A stretch of DNA of 64,000 nt from Octopus bimaculoides (lineage: Eukaryota): positions 11,548,291 to 11,612,290 of the forward strand of contig NC_068990.1 in NCBI RefSeq assembly GCF_001194135.2, written 5' to 3'. Made by a program: the position numbers and the translations under genes. The notes beneath the pieces were generated by a model. The model did not search any database. It worked only from the letters and a program-made list of their open reading frames with translations, and had not been told where the DNA came from. How positions within the stretch are numbered: the stretch's first letter is position 1; every line of letters begins with the position of its first letter. Below, piece after piece: positions 38,821 through 51,100 of the stretch.

Positions 38821-39569
38821 GAGACAGAGACAGACAGACAGAGTTAGATAGAAACAAACAGAGAAAGAAAGACAGATATTAATTGAAAATGGAATGGATG
38901 ACATTATTTATTTAAAATCACTACAATTATTTCGACATATTTTTTACACTCGAACAACATTTATGAGATTTTGCGTATTCTTTATCATCCATGAATGGTG
39001 TAAAATAGGCCTCTTCTAGTAATTTCCTATATAAGCTCACGCATAATACTTTCCAAGGTCTCGGTGACTCGTGATAGAAAGGTAGGAACAGCTGTTTATT
39101 TGTTTATCTTTGCTCCTTAGTGTATGCAATACTCGGTGATCTGTCGACTACGTCAATATATTCTGTTTTCTTAGATGCAATTTTTTACTTACTTTAATTG
39201 TTGGTTACTTTGTTTTATTCTTACATTAGAATTAGCCTTGTTGCACCACTACTGTTTTTGCATTTTGCTAGTGTGCTATTAAATGTTTACTTGCTTACAA
39301 GTTCGGAGAGACTTTTAAGAATTGGATTTTTTCCGGGGTCTATAACGAGGTATCGGATCGACTCAAGTACATTTGTTTTAAAGCCTGTTACTTATTCTAT
39401 CCGTTAGGTCACGGACACTTAAAATCACCAACACAGGTTGTCAACTGCTGATGGCGGACAAACACACACACACACACGCGCGCGCATGCATGAAAGCACA
39501 TACGCACGCACACATGCACCGACGCACACGTACGTACGCGCACGCACATACAAACACACACACACAGAA

Positions 39570-39602
<33 letters not shown>

Positions 39603-39624
39603 AACACACACACACACACGCACA

Positions 39625-39658
<34 letters not shown>

Positions 39659-40199
39659 AAGAGGTTGTGGTGTGTGAACTGTATATGTTTTTAACTAAGT
39701 TTTTTTTTCTCCGTTGCTTAGCCCGTCTGTAACGCTTTCACGTGATTAGTTGAAGGGAAAGGAGAAGATTGAAAGAAAAAGGAGAAAGAAAGAGAGGGTA
39801 AGGTGAAGAGTGAGGTAAAAAGAGGGAGAGTTGTGTGTATTTAAGTATATGAAATTGAGCATAAAATATATAAAGTGTATATTCTAAATGCATTAAGTAG
39901 TCATCATATTCCAATCTCCTTTACTTTTCAGTGATTAGCATATGAGTGACTATCTTTCCATATAGACACAATACAGGCTACGCTTTCAGGATAAAGTCTT
40001 CAGACATAACCCAATAGGTTTACCATTAATTCTGTGAAATATTCACGGGTCCCGCTAGTAAAATATATAATATGCAAATAAAAAAAAAAGGATATGCGGC
40101 TCTTAGACAAGACAAGACAAGACAAAACGTGTGTATAAATACCGCAATGGAAAAGGGTGTCCTATAGGAGTGGAAAGGGGAAGTAGACAAATGGAAATA

Positions 40200-40502
40200 C
40201 ACTAATCCCTCGACTATCGCGGGTGTTACGTTCCGAACCCCTCTACGATAAGTGAAAATCCGCGTAGAAGCAGTACTGTATTGTATTTATTTTTTGTTAT
40301 TTTTATAATTTGTATATAATTGTTTTATTATAAATGCGAAAGAACACCACGGAGGAATCTACGTCAACTTAAGTAATAAACCGCAGTAGGTGAACCGCGA
40401 TAGGTGAGCCGCGATAGGTGAACCGCGATAGGTGAACCGCGATAGGTGAACCGCGATAGGTGAACCGCGATAGGTGAACCGTGATATGGTGAGGGATTAC
40501 TG
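40200..40502. mobile_element. pogo/Tigger-like MITE with a subterminal 14-bp tandem array
   Basis: TA|CACTAATCCCTCG..GAGGGATTACTG|TA; (CCGCGATAGGTGAA) about 7-8 times at 40381-40492. Confidence 0.9.
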
Positions 40503-41170
40503 TATAGAAAGAAAGATGGAAAAAACGAACGGTGAAAAAAAGACGAATCCGATGTTGAAAGTAAAGAAGAAAGGGAGAAGGTAGGAGAAGCGTGACTGAA
40601 TAAGTCAGCGGTCAAGCGAAAAACACGAAGTTGGAAATAGAAATAGAATGGTCACGGGTGATATGGTAGTGGAAGAAGAGGGGGAGAGAAAGAAAGTGGT
40701 TGAGGGCAGAGACACTTAAAAAGCAACAGAGAGACAAGGTGAATTGAGAGGAAAAGAAAGCGTGAGGAAGAGAGAAAAATAAAGAGAGAGAGAGAGAGAG
40801 AGAGAGAGACGTTGCACGAAAAGAAATTCCTGCTAATATAGGATGACAGTGAGAAGATGGGTGCGTGGCTTTATATTAGACAATAGTTTCAAAAATTAAA
40901 CAGAAGCACGTGAAAGAAACGAACGCAAAATTGCCCTACTATGATGAAAGATCTTAAATGATTTGAGAAATGCAGCCCTTTCATGTTTAAAAATCTGTGA
41001 ACTGTAAACCTTTCAGGAATAAAAATATGAAGTGCAGACAAGTTTGAAGTAGATTGTTATGTAAATAAGATGTAGAAATCGAGCAACTAGCCAATACATT
41101 AATTATTTGGCTGACAAAGTAAGTAACCTCTACAAAATGCATAGATGCACATAGAAATATGAACATAAGG

Positions 41171-41204
<34 letters not shown>

Positions 41205-41207
41205 ACA

Positions 41208-41241
<34 letters not shown>

Positions 41242-41329
41242 CACACATACATTCATTCATACATAATCATACATACAGACGAGTAAATACTGGCATTGAT
41301 GTAGCGACATCTGAAATTTTGTCTATGTG

Positions 41330-41405
41330 AATCTAGCCGATGAGAACTAATCAAACTTACGTTAACAAACGTAATCTAGAAAGTTCGAAACTTAGGTCCT
41401 AGATT
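41330..41405 (+). ncRNA. Near-intact type I hammerhead ribozyme
   Basis: Stem I AATCTAG/CTAGATT (7 bp); core CCGATGA; stem II GAACT/AGTTC plus TTACGTT/AACGTAA; GAAAC-TTAG-GTC; predicted cleavage after C41398. Confidence 0.8.
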
Positions 41406-41448
41406 ATCCACATCTGGGTTGTACACTTATTCAATGTTCTTCCTACAG

Positions 41449-41610
41449 GTAAGATGAAATTGTTTTAGGTTCACCGCCCGCAAACATTTTTGCCAGTAAA
41501 TATGTACAGTGAAGCTTTACTATAGCGTCGCATATTATCGACTGTTATTTCCAGTAAATATTGGTGCATTGTTGTACCACTGTCCTATATATATATATAT
41601 ATATATATAT

Positions 41611-41645
<35 letters not shown>

Positions 41646-41758
41646 TATAGATATAATGAAGAGCACAAATTCATAGAAATGTGAAAATAAAGAACGTATA
41701 AAATACTACACAATAATGAGAACTGAAGTGTATTCTTTTATATGTTGCTCGTTTTCAG
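41449..41758 (+). other. Candidate GT-AG intron in the 5' leader of a Penelope-like element
   Basis: Donor CAG|GTAAGA at 41449; acceptor TGTTGCTCGTTTTCAG| at 41758. Confidence 0.5.
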
Positions 41759-42075
41759 GTTCTTGGACTGCAGGCAGAATCACACATCGTCTTGAAGCGT
41801 GTTAGTCTATCATATTGATTTGAGTCTATGCCTGATACTTATTTTATTAACCTCGGGTCATGATGGGCAGGAACCAAGCTCAGAATCTAATACAACAGAG
41901 GCAAATATTGTAAGATATTTTTTCCGACATGAGATTCCGAAGAGTTTCTACCGAGTAATTTTTCACTTACAAGAAGTTACACAAGTAGGCTGAAGCTAAG
42001 TTAGAAAACATATGTCTAAGTTTAGTGTATAAGCAATTAAGAAAAATCTCTAGTGTGTCGATTTTACAGTAAATA

Positions 42076-42184
42076 GTGGGTTGGTGCGTAATTAACGACC
42101 GTTTTGTTTATTCTAAATTTCAAATAAAACTGTCGTAAATTAAATTATAAAACGGTCGTTAACCAGTTTAACAAGCCAACCCAG
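42076..42184. mobile_element. MADE-like mariner MITE
   Basis: GGGTTGG..TTAACGACCGTTTT and AAAACGGTCGTTAA..CCAACCC inverted repeats; TA at left end. Confidence 0.65.
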
Positions 42185-42221
42185 CAAATAGGACAAATGC
42201 CTGACAATACATAGCTTAAAT

Positions 42222-42925
42222 AAGGCTGTGAGCTGGCAGAATCATTAGCACGCCGGGCGAAATGTTTAGCCGTATTTCGTCTGTCTTTACGTTCTGAGTT
42301 CAAATTCCACCGAGGTCAACTTTGCCTTTGATCCTTTCGGGGTCGATAAATTAAGTACCAGTTGTGTACTGGTGTCGATCTAATCGACTGCCACTCCATT
42401 GACCAAAAATTTCGGACCTTGTGCCTTGAGATGAAAAGAATATATAGCTTAAATCTAAGGTAGCCAACTAACAATCGCTACCTCGCTGGACAAAATCTTT
42501 GACGTTATATTTTCCGACTTTATGTGCTAAGTTCAAATGCCGCCGAGTCGACTTTGCCTTTCATCCTTTCAAGGTCATTAAAATAAAGTACCGTTTGAGC
42601 GCTGGGGTCGATCTAACAGAAATTGCTGGCCTTGTGCCAAAATTTGAAAACAATATATAATTTGAATTTAACATTCAAAATTTTTATTGAGGGATCTAGT
42701 AGACAAATTTTAAACGCTGATACGTACGCTTTAAGGGAAAATAGTCTTAATACGAACGATAATATAGATATCTCTTAATAATGGTTTAAACTTTTGATAC
42801 TGCGGAGTACCAAACAGTTTTTGTGGGGAGTAGGATGTCGATTATATCGTCCCCAATACCTGTCTGATACTTATTTTATCGACCTGAGAAGATGAAAAGC
42901 AAGGTCAGCCTCTGCGAAATTTGCC
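42222..42925. mobile_element. Three family-A SINEs (~42222-42440 +, ~42500-42652 +, ~42805-42925 -)
   Basis: Family-A head, body and tail sequences. Confidence 0.85.
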
Positions 42926-43029
42926 AGCTTGCCATCTTCGATTCCTTTAATAATTAGTTAGAAATATCAACGATTCTTAAATTAAAATTGGATGATAAAA
43001 GAATATGAAAAGCAAGAAAGTAATACGAT

Positions 43030-43830
43030 GTGTTGTTGCTTTTAACACAGCATTTTCAGTCTTACTTTTGGATGCTACAGAACGGGAGCAGACTGTTCGT
43101 TTTTGACAATGAAAGGATACTTCAAAATAAGATTTTCACCTTGTCACAGGCTACAAATCTTGAAAGAAGGTTATGGAAAATTATATGGATACCAACATTT
43201 GTTTGTTACTTATTTTGTCAACTAAAAACTCCAGATTGTACGTTATATTCAAGATGGGGGTAAGGAAGAATATGATTCAAACATGGAAGTAATTCAGCTT
43301 CAACATTTCTTTAACAACAAATACACAAAGAGTAGACTCCTTAGACGTCGCCGTGAACCTGTCTATTAAAAGATAGCAAACGTATCGGAAATTAACCGGG
43401 GCAGCTAACTCAAGTGAGTAAATCTTAATGCTATTCAGCAACAATCTAAAGAATATTGAATGCAAATGTAAGCATATGAATAACAGGCAAATCTACTGAT
43501 AAACTTCAACCATGTGGTGCACAACTACAATAACACTTTAACAAATAGTGGATATAATGAAAAATCGAATTCCTGCCTAAGTAACAACTTATATCTAGAA
43601 GCAAGAAAAGAAATATAATCAAGTTTGACCTGGCATAGAGTTGGAATGTAAAATCAAGGAAAGCTAGGAACTTATCAGTCCTACTTAGCAAACAATTTGC
43701 TGCTAACCATAAGTAAGATAACTTATTTAATAGAAATAATGTAAATGTCAGTTTCCGTTGCATAAAGAAAAATGTAATGTGAAGTATGAAACAAGATTAT
43801 AATAACAAGAAATTCAACCATATAGCAATC
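43030..43830 (+). pseudogene. Decayed Penelope-like reverse transcriptase C-terminal half and linker
   Basis: TNTQRVDSLDVAVNLSIKR*QTYRK; VHNYNNTLTNSGYNEK; RSKKRNIIKFDLA*SWNVKS..LLSKQFAANHK*DNLFNRNNVNVSFRC; matches the PLE pattern VDFLDVTLNL..YRKP, YNNAL..SGY, RKRNIIWFNPPYS.NV..HFP..H.L.KIFNRNN.KVSYSC. Confidence 0.85.
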
Positions 43831-44182
43831 TAAAAGTAACTATAAAAATTTGAATCACCGTTCAGTTGACAGTGAATTATTATAGTGTTCTCTTGGTTAT
43901 AGCACTATGGTAAAAGCAAGTGAATGCTTATGAGGTTACGAGATTTCCTTCGTAACCACGTGGAATTCGTTTCGGAGCCAATACGCGAAATTTGAGCAGT
44001 ATTAAATTAAAATAGCCATATACATAGGTGTTAGGTATGATACAAAGATTGCAAATTTAATTTAATACGGCATCATTTGCGTACACGGATTAATTATTCA
44101 ACCCGATGGCTATTCACAATACCCCTAAATGTCTTAGTCATTATTATACATACATGTATGCATACGTACATACATACATACA

Positions 44183-44768
44183 TGATATATGATGGCCGTC
44201 CACTCGTGACCGAGGAAAACCATTGCCGACCTTCAGGAACATTGTGCGCTCTAGGACTAACTTATATTTTGCATTTGCGACTCCGTTGGTGGCTAATGAG
44301 CCCTGCTCTTGACACACGACTGCAAACATTGCAGACCAAGCTTATCCCATTCACTATACGAGCCGTACGCTTTCACGCAGCTCGCTTAATTTCTTCATGC
44401 TTGATACGTGCTCTCTCAAAAGTGTCGATCCCCTCCTTAATCTGCTTCCTCCGTCTGTGGCGATAACAGGCATTGTTCTCCCAGTCAGTGTCCTGCATAT
44501 CACGTCAGGTAACGGTCCTTGAATGCTTTCATCAGAGATGTCTCAGACACATTCTCAATGTTGGCTGGACCTCAAAAATTCCAGATACACAGGTCCCGAG
44601 GACAGCTGATTTCTTGAGTATTGAGGCAATGGTGCACAAGCACCGGTTACGTTGGACTGGACACCTTATCGGAATGAAGGATAGCAGGATTCCTAAGCAG
44701 ATGCTATATGGAGAACTTGTGAATGGAAGGAGACTCCAGCAGAAACCAAGGCTGCGATTTAAGGACCT
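44183..44768 (-). mobile_element. 5'-truncated RTE LINE with inverted 5' segment (3' part ~44183-44503 on -, 5' part ~44504-44768 on +)
   Basis: Plus: LECFHQRCLRHIL..W..KIPDTQV..SIEAMVHKHRLRWTGHLIGMKDSRIPKQMLYGEL..RLRFKD; minus: MQDTDWENNA..RRKQIKEGIDTFERARI..VCNVCSRVSRAGLISHQRS plus 3' UTR ending GGACGGCCATCAT. Confidence 0.9.
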
Positions 44769-44769
44769 A

Positions 44770-44784
44770 CATACATACATACAT

Positions 44785-44837
<53 letters not shown>

Positions 44838-44935
44838 GACGAGCTTTCAGTTTCTACCAACCAAATCCAGTCACAAGGCTTTGGTCGGCCCGAGGCTGTA
44901 GTAGAAGACACTTGTTCAAAGTGGCACAAAGCCAA
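44770..44935 (-). mobile_element. Family-B SINE 5' half (RTE inserted in its microsatellite tract)
   Basis: TTTCAGTTTCTACCAACCAAATCC..CACAAGGCTTTGGTCGGCCCGAGGCT.TAGTAGAAGACACTTG. Confidence 0.8.
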
Positions 44936-45293
44936 GGTGCATTGCGTCCCCGTTGACTATTGCTAAGATGACTTTTTCGTCTCCCTCTGATATATATTGT
45001 GGTTTTAAACACAGCATCTTCATAAGAGATTTTATATTGGACGAAAACAGTATTAACGTGCCTGTCAATGGAGTAGATACATTAATTATGATAAATAGAT
45101 GGCTAATTTAGTTTGATACTCTTTCAGTTGCGCACACTGGTTAATGATGTATATTTCAGCACATTATTTCACATCGTGAATCTTCTGAAATACATATATA
45201 CATACATACATACACACGTATATATATATATACATACATGAACTCATACACACATGGCCACACTCACGCACGTAGACCCACCCAGACAGGCAA

Positions 45294-45324
<31 letters not shown>

Positions 45325-45833
45325 AAATTTCTACAGCATTGTTATTTTCTTGCCTGACAAACCTCCAACACCACTTGTCTTTGAAAAGAGCAGACATACG
45401 CTCATGTACACTCACGCACTCAAACTTAAATACACACACAAACACCATGGCAATTTTTCAAACCAAAATACGAATTAGGTCTATTAACTCTGTATTATGT
45501 ACTCTATTCAAGTTTGAGCGCTATAAAAGTACTATATAGATGTATTTAATCGATCAAACTATTTGTCTTTCTATCTATTTCTCTATGTCTAGATATATGT
45601 ATATGTGTGTATGCATGAATACATGTGTGTGTGTGTGTGTGTATATATATATCTATATATCTATATGTGCGTGAGTGTGTTTGTATGTATGTATGTATAA
45701 TTTGTAACTAGTTACATGAACGAACTGGCAGTACTCCATACGTTATTATATTATGCAGCGTAAATATATTTATTATGATATAGTAGATAAATATTGCTAG
45801 CTTTTGGTTACTTCAGTTTTGTACTAAACAGAG

Positions 45834-45900
45834 CATTCTTCAGATGGATGTTATTCGAAGTGGTGGTTTTCTTCACTTGAATAACTTCATCTGAAAAATG
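45834..45900. other. 67-nt stem-loop (pre-miRNA-like)
   Basis: CATTCTTCAGATGGATGTTATTCGAAGTG-gtggttttctt-CACTTGAATAACTTCATCTGAAAAATG; ~26-bp stem. Confidence 0.45.
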
Positions 45901-46017
45901 TCATTTTGGATGAAACTTTAAGTCAGAGAAAATTTGTAAAATTTATTTCATATTTGTTTACTGTATGTGCACACACGCGGGTTTGTTCGTGTGTGGGTGC
46001 ATGTGGTTTTATATATC

Positions 46018-46050
46018 AACTAGCTGAGACAGTCGGCATTGTCCGGATGC
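46018..46050 (-). mobile_element. Helitron-like 3' terminus
   Basis: Minus strand CCGGACAATGCCGA hairpin-like segment then CTGTCTCAGCTAG|T. Confidence 0.35.
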
Positions 46051-46399
46051 TGCGACTACCGAACCAAATTATAAATCCGTCTCTGAACGTTAAGATTTGG
46101 CATCGATCCTCCTTCATATACCAAACGAAGCCAAATTTAATGCGTGTGACGGAAAAAAAATATAAAAGTGAACCGTTTTCGGAAAAAAATCATTCGTTCG
46201 AATAACTGTAAATGACTAACATTTAAAGTGATTGAATTCTTATCAAAGAGGCTGACCAACATTCTTGTTATATCTTGTAATGCATTCATTGTTGGAGCCT
46301 TACGATACGTACGTTAAAGAATTTTTGTCAGAGTTTTCCTCAATATTCAAAGTTACTTATTGCAATGGTGAAGATTCTATACATTCCTAGCTGTGAAAT

Positions 46400-46915
<516 letters not shown>

Positions 46916-48759
46916 GTTTTATGTATTACAAAACAACACTAAACGATTTATATATAGGGGTCAATGGTCAGATATAATGTATCAGAGGTCTAGTTTCTTA
47001 AGTAGGGACCTGCTATTTTATCTTTCAAAGACACCTAGCTCGTGTCTGGCTCCCACCCGACACATACTTCTCACTTGTAGTTCCCCGAAATATTTGCATG
47101 CGGCAGTGAGTCACTCTCCGGACAACGAAAAGGACATGCTGGCTAAACCAAGCTGAGTGTAACCGACGAGTTATCACACTCTCAGTGAAATTTGCTTAGT
47201 GCTTGTCACCTCACGTATGTGAAGTATTACTTTCAGTGAAACGTGTGAGACAGAAGAAGCTTAAACATCATTGATGAAGGCTCGGTGCACAGAAAGACCA
47301 TCTCTAACAACGATGCTGTGGTGCACGTATCCAGTGGCGTAACTAACAGGGGAGAAAATTGTTCAACCACTTCCACTAAGCAGGCTTTTTTAACATTTGG
47401 TGCCTTTTCAACTATTATTTTAAAACTCTCTAGTTACCTATATCAATAGCTTCATACATAATGATGTTGAAACTGAAATGCCAAGAATTAATGAATGTAG
47501 AATACAATTCCGTGTAGGAGATACATAATTCGTAACAGGTTTACTATTACCTATTTTACGTTTACGAACCATGAGAGTTACCCACAGTGGTCTTCCTTGG
47601 CGAACATTCTAGAAGCTTCCATGAAATCGGATTTAAATCCCTTTTACTAATCTCATTGAGCCGTGGAATATTCTAGAATTTGGGGTTATGTTTTAGATAG
47701 CCGTGGGATTTCGATCTCTTCTTCAACCGTCAGACTTCGACCTAAACTTGTCACTGCGTTTAAGAGCGCATAGTTTTTACTACACGTGCCTAAGCAAACG
47801 AATGCCTCCGACGAGCAGCCCAGTATCTCAAAGTTATCAAGTCGCACACCATGTACACGACTTATTCATTCACTAGAAATAAACCTAAGTGGTGTATGAA
47901 ATTCTCTCGTACATTTTAATTTAACTTCCTCACACAGAACGCGATTAGGCAAGATAGTACGTACACTCTTTATTCATGTACCGCTTCAAGCGAAGCATAT
48001 CATTGGTGAATTCCTACCTGTTCTGAATTATATTAAGTTGCTTGTGAAGTTCAAGAAGTCTCTTTTGTTTATTCCAACCAAGAATGCTTTTGACCTTTCG
48101 TAACACGAGGACTTTTGCTTCTTAATTAACCTCTGTGGCTGAACGTTCAAGTTCACAGTAACCAACATCATTTGTAACAGTGGTAGCAACCTTGCAACAT
48201 ACGTATATTATAACCAATGAAATATTTATCGTAATATAAGAGAAATGAATCAAAAATACCTTGATATGTGTCACAGCGCCTTTTTTATGTGCTCGCTGCC
48301 TCTAGCCTGGCAACGCCTATGCACAAACGTCAAGAAACGTAAGACGCGTAGATCACCGCATTCACTCCGCTGCACCCGGTCGTTTGATTCACTTTCCTAC
48401 TGGTTCAGGAAGCTATGGATGTGAAAGTAAAGCTGGTCGTCTGGTGTAGCCTACCCTCCCGGTATTGCAAGTTCAGTACAAGTTAGTATTCGAACATTTA
48501 CAAACCACAACAGATAGCAGATCTTTCGTTGTGGCGGCCGGTACACCATGCGCGCCCGTGACAATAAAATACCGAAACTTCAATAGTTTAATTGTACGGA
48601 ACGTGTAGTATCTGAAGTTGCAATCGACAATCTTACGCAACCTTCAATGAAAGAAGAACTACTGCATTTTACGCTATTAATACCCTCGAAGAAGTGTTGT
48701 TGAGGTTTCGTAGGTGAAATGTTTATTATCGTTGTAGACGAAGCTACAATAAGAGTGAA

Positions 48760-49030
48760 GCTATGTATGAATGTGTGTATGCATGAATATATATATATAA
48801 ACATGTATGTATGTATGTATGTATGTATGTATGTATGTATGCATGCATGTACGTATGTACGTATGCCTGCATGTATGAATGTGTGTATGCATGAATATAT
48901 ATATATAAACATGTATATATGTACGCATGTATGTATGTATGTACGCATGTATGTATGTATGTACGCATGTATGTATGTATGAATGTGTGTATGCATGAAT
49001 ATATATATAAACATGTATGTATGTATGTAG
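48760..49030. repeat. Compound (TATG)n tract with a repeated ~45-bp unit
   Basis: TATGAATGTGTGTATGCATGAATATATATATA..AACATGTAT three times. Confidence 0.9.
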
Positions 49031-50089
49031 ATATGTTCGTCTGTCTATCGGGATGTGTGTGTATGCCTGTCTATATTCATTTGAATATCTATAAGCTGAA
49101 TATCTGAATTGTCTACAAACATAGACACATTTCCATCCAAATAAGACATAATCAATGCAAAATGTCTTTATTTTTTTTTATCTCCCACAAAATGTTAATT
49201 AAAGTTGAACTGAAATAATGTTTCTTCAGATGTACAACAAAATTTAAATTTGTTTTATACTGAATATTTAATCATCGGTGCTTCTAAAATGTTTATCTTG
49301 TAGCAGTTTTAAACCTTTTAATCGCAATGTCATCAGTATTTTTCAATAATTAAAGTATACATTGTGAACTGCAGCAAGTTTCACTTCTTTCAGAAACTTC
49401 TCTAATCCAGTTGAGTTTAATAATTTGACACACGTATGCTTTCTGTCTGTAGTCGTCTATTCCTGCAAAGAGCACACAAAATGTAGATTTGAATATCTGA
49501 TAACTAACTGAAAATTATGTTTTAAAATGCATTACATTTTCAATGAATGCCAGTGGCAAGAAGTAATGACATATATTGTCAGATAAGTCTCGTAGATATT
49601 TAAAAACTATTAGACACTTTCTGCTATTGAGAGGAAGATAATTAGCGATGGAAATGGTTGTAACGAAAATATACAAGTTGGAGTATATTACAAAAACGGA
49701 AAACGTTTAAAGAGCAGTTACGACTTGGCAACGAAATGGTTTCTTTCTATGGAGTAATGGGAGGTTGCATACTAATTATACATGTTCGTTCAATGTGGTA
49801 GAGCAACGAAAGTTGGGGGAAAATGAACTGAGCATGCTTTGCTTGTTATGTTACATCAAATATTATTAAAGTCTGAGTGCTGATGAATTGGAATTACTGG
49901 TTGATTATTAACCCTTAGACGGCTGATATCTTTAACTAATGTTCCATTAGGGAACAGCAGACATCATCAACTGATGTTTCAAAAATTTTATATGGATACG
50001 GCCATCATCAAAGAAACGTAAATGTTTTACAACACTTTTCAATAATGAGATTGTTAATTTTATTGTGCAAGAGATTAATAATTCCAGTT

Positions 50090-50247
50090 TAGGCGTGGCT
50101 GTGTGGTAAGAAGTTTGTTTTCCAACTACAAGATTCTAGGTTCACTCCCACAACGTGGCACTCTGGGCAAGTAGCTTCTACTATAACACCGAGTCGAGTA
50201 AAGCCAAGTGGTTTGGTCGACGAAAACTGCAAAAAGCCTGTCGGATA

Positions 50248-50293
<46 letters not shown>

Positions 50294-50415
50294 ACCGCCG
50301 CTTGAATAAGTCCAAGGCTTTAAACATTAATAATTGAGTTCAACTCGTTTGACTAAAATTCTTCAAGGGAGTGCCTTGGCATGGTTGCAATCTAATGAAT
50401 GAAACAAGAAAAAGG
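50090..50415 (+). mobile_element. Degenerate family-B SINE
   Basis: GGCGTGGCTGTGTGGTAAGAAG head; tail ..CATGGTTGCAATCTAATGAATGAAACAAG. Confidence 0.8.
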
Positions 50416-50765
50416 TATAAGTTTTAAAATTTAAACTGAAATTTTTGTCCGCGGTGGACCTCCCCATGCCTCACCACCACCCTTAGCTGCACTAGTGTGT
50501 TTAAGACAGTGTGAAATTCTGTGTTTGTTTACTTATGTTGTGGTGTCTGATGTGTGTCTCCTTATACTTGATAGGTGCTGGACAGGTGTGAGTATAATTG
50601 TTTGTATGCGTGTGCATTTGCATGTAGGTAGACGTGTAGGTAGACATACATAGATGCATGCATACTAAGGATGTCTGCATGTGTATGGATGTATTATAAG
50701 TTGTGGTGTGTGTACTTGTACGCGTTTGTTTAATCTGTTTTGCTCATGTATTCTTTCTGTGTTTG

Positions 50766-51100
50766 GAAGGCAGTGAGCTGGCCGAAACGGTAGCACGCCA
50801 GGCGAAATGCTTAACGATATTTCGTCTGCCGTTACGTTCTGAGTTCAAATTCCGCCGAGGTCGACTTTGCCTTTCATTCTTTTGGGGGTCGATAAATTAA
50901 GTACCAGTTACGCACTGGGGTCGATGTAATCGACGTAATGCCTTTTTCTGTCCTTGTTTGTCCCCTCTATGTTTAGCCCCTTGTGGGGCCTGACATACGT
51001 ACGGGGTCGATAAATTAAGTATCAGTTGCGTACTGGGGTCAATCTAATCGACTGGCCCCCTCCCCCAAAAGTTTCGGGCCTTGTACCTAGAGTAGAAATT
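50766..51100 (+). mobile_element. Family-A SINE carrying two different tails in tandem
   Basis: Body plus tail type 2 (CTGTCCTTGTTTGTCCCCTCTATG), then repeated GGGGTCGATAAATTAAGTA plus tail type 1 (GACTGGCCCCCTCCCCCAAAA). Confidence 0.9.

Noticed and set aside
38915-38985. Minus-strand degenerate hammerhead-like pattern (also ~58825-58885)
   Set aside because: Core too decayed (CTCATAA / CCGTAGG) to support a call
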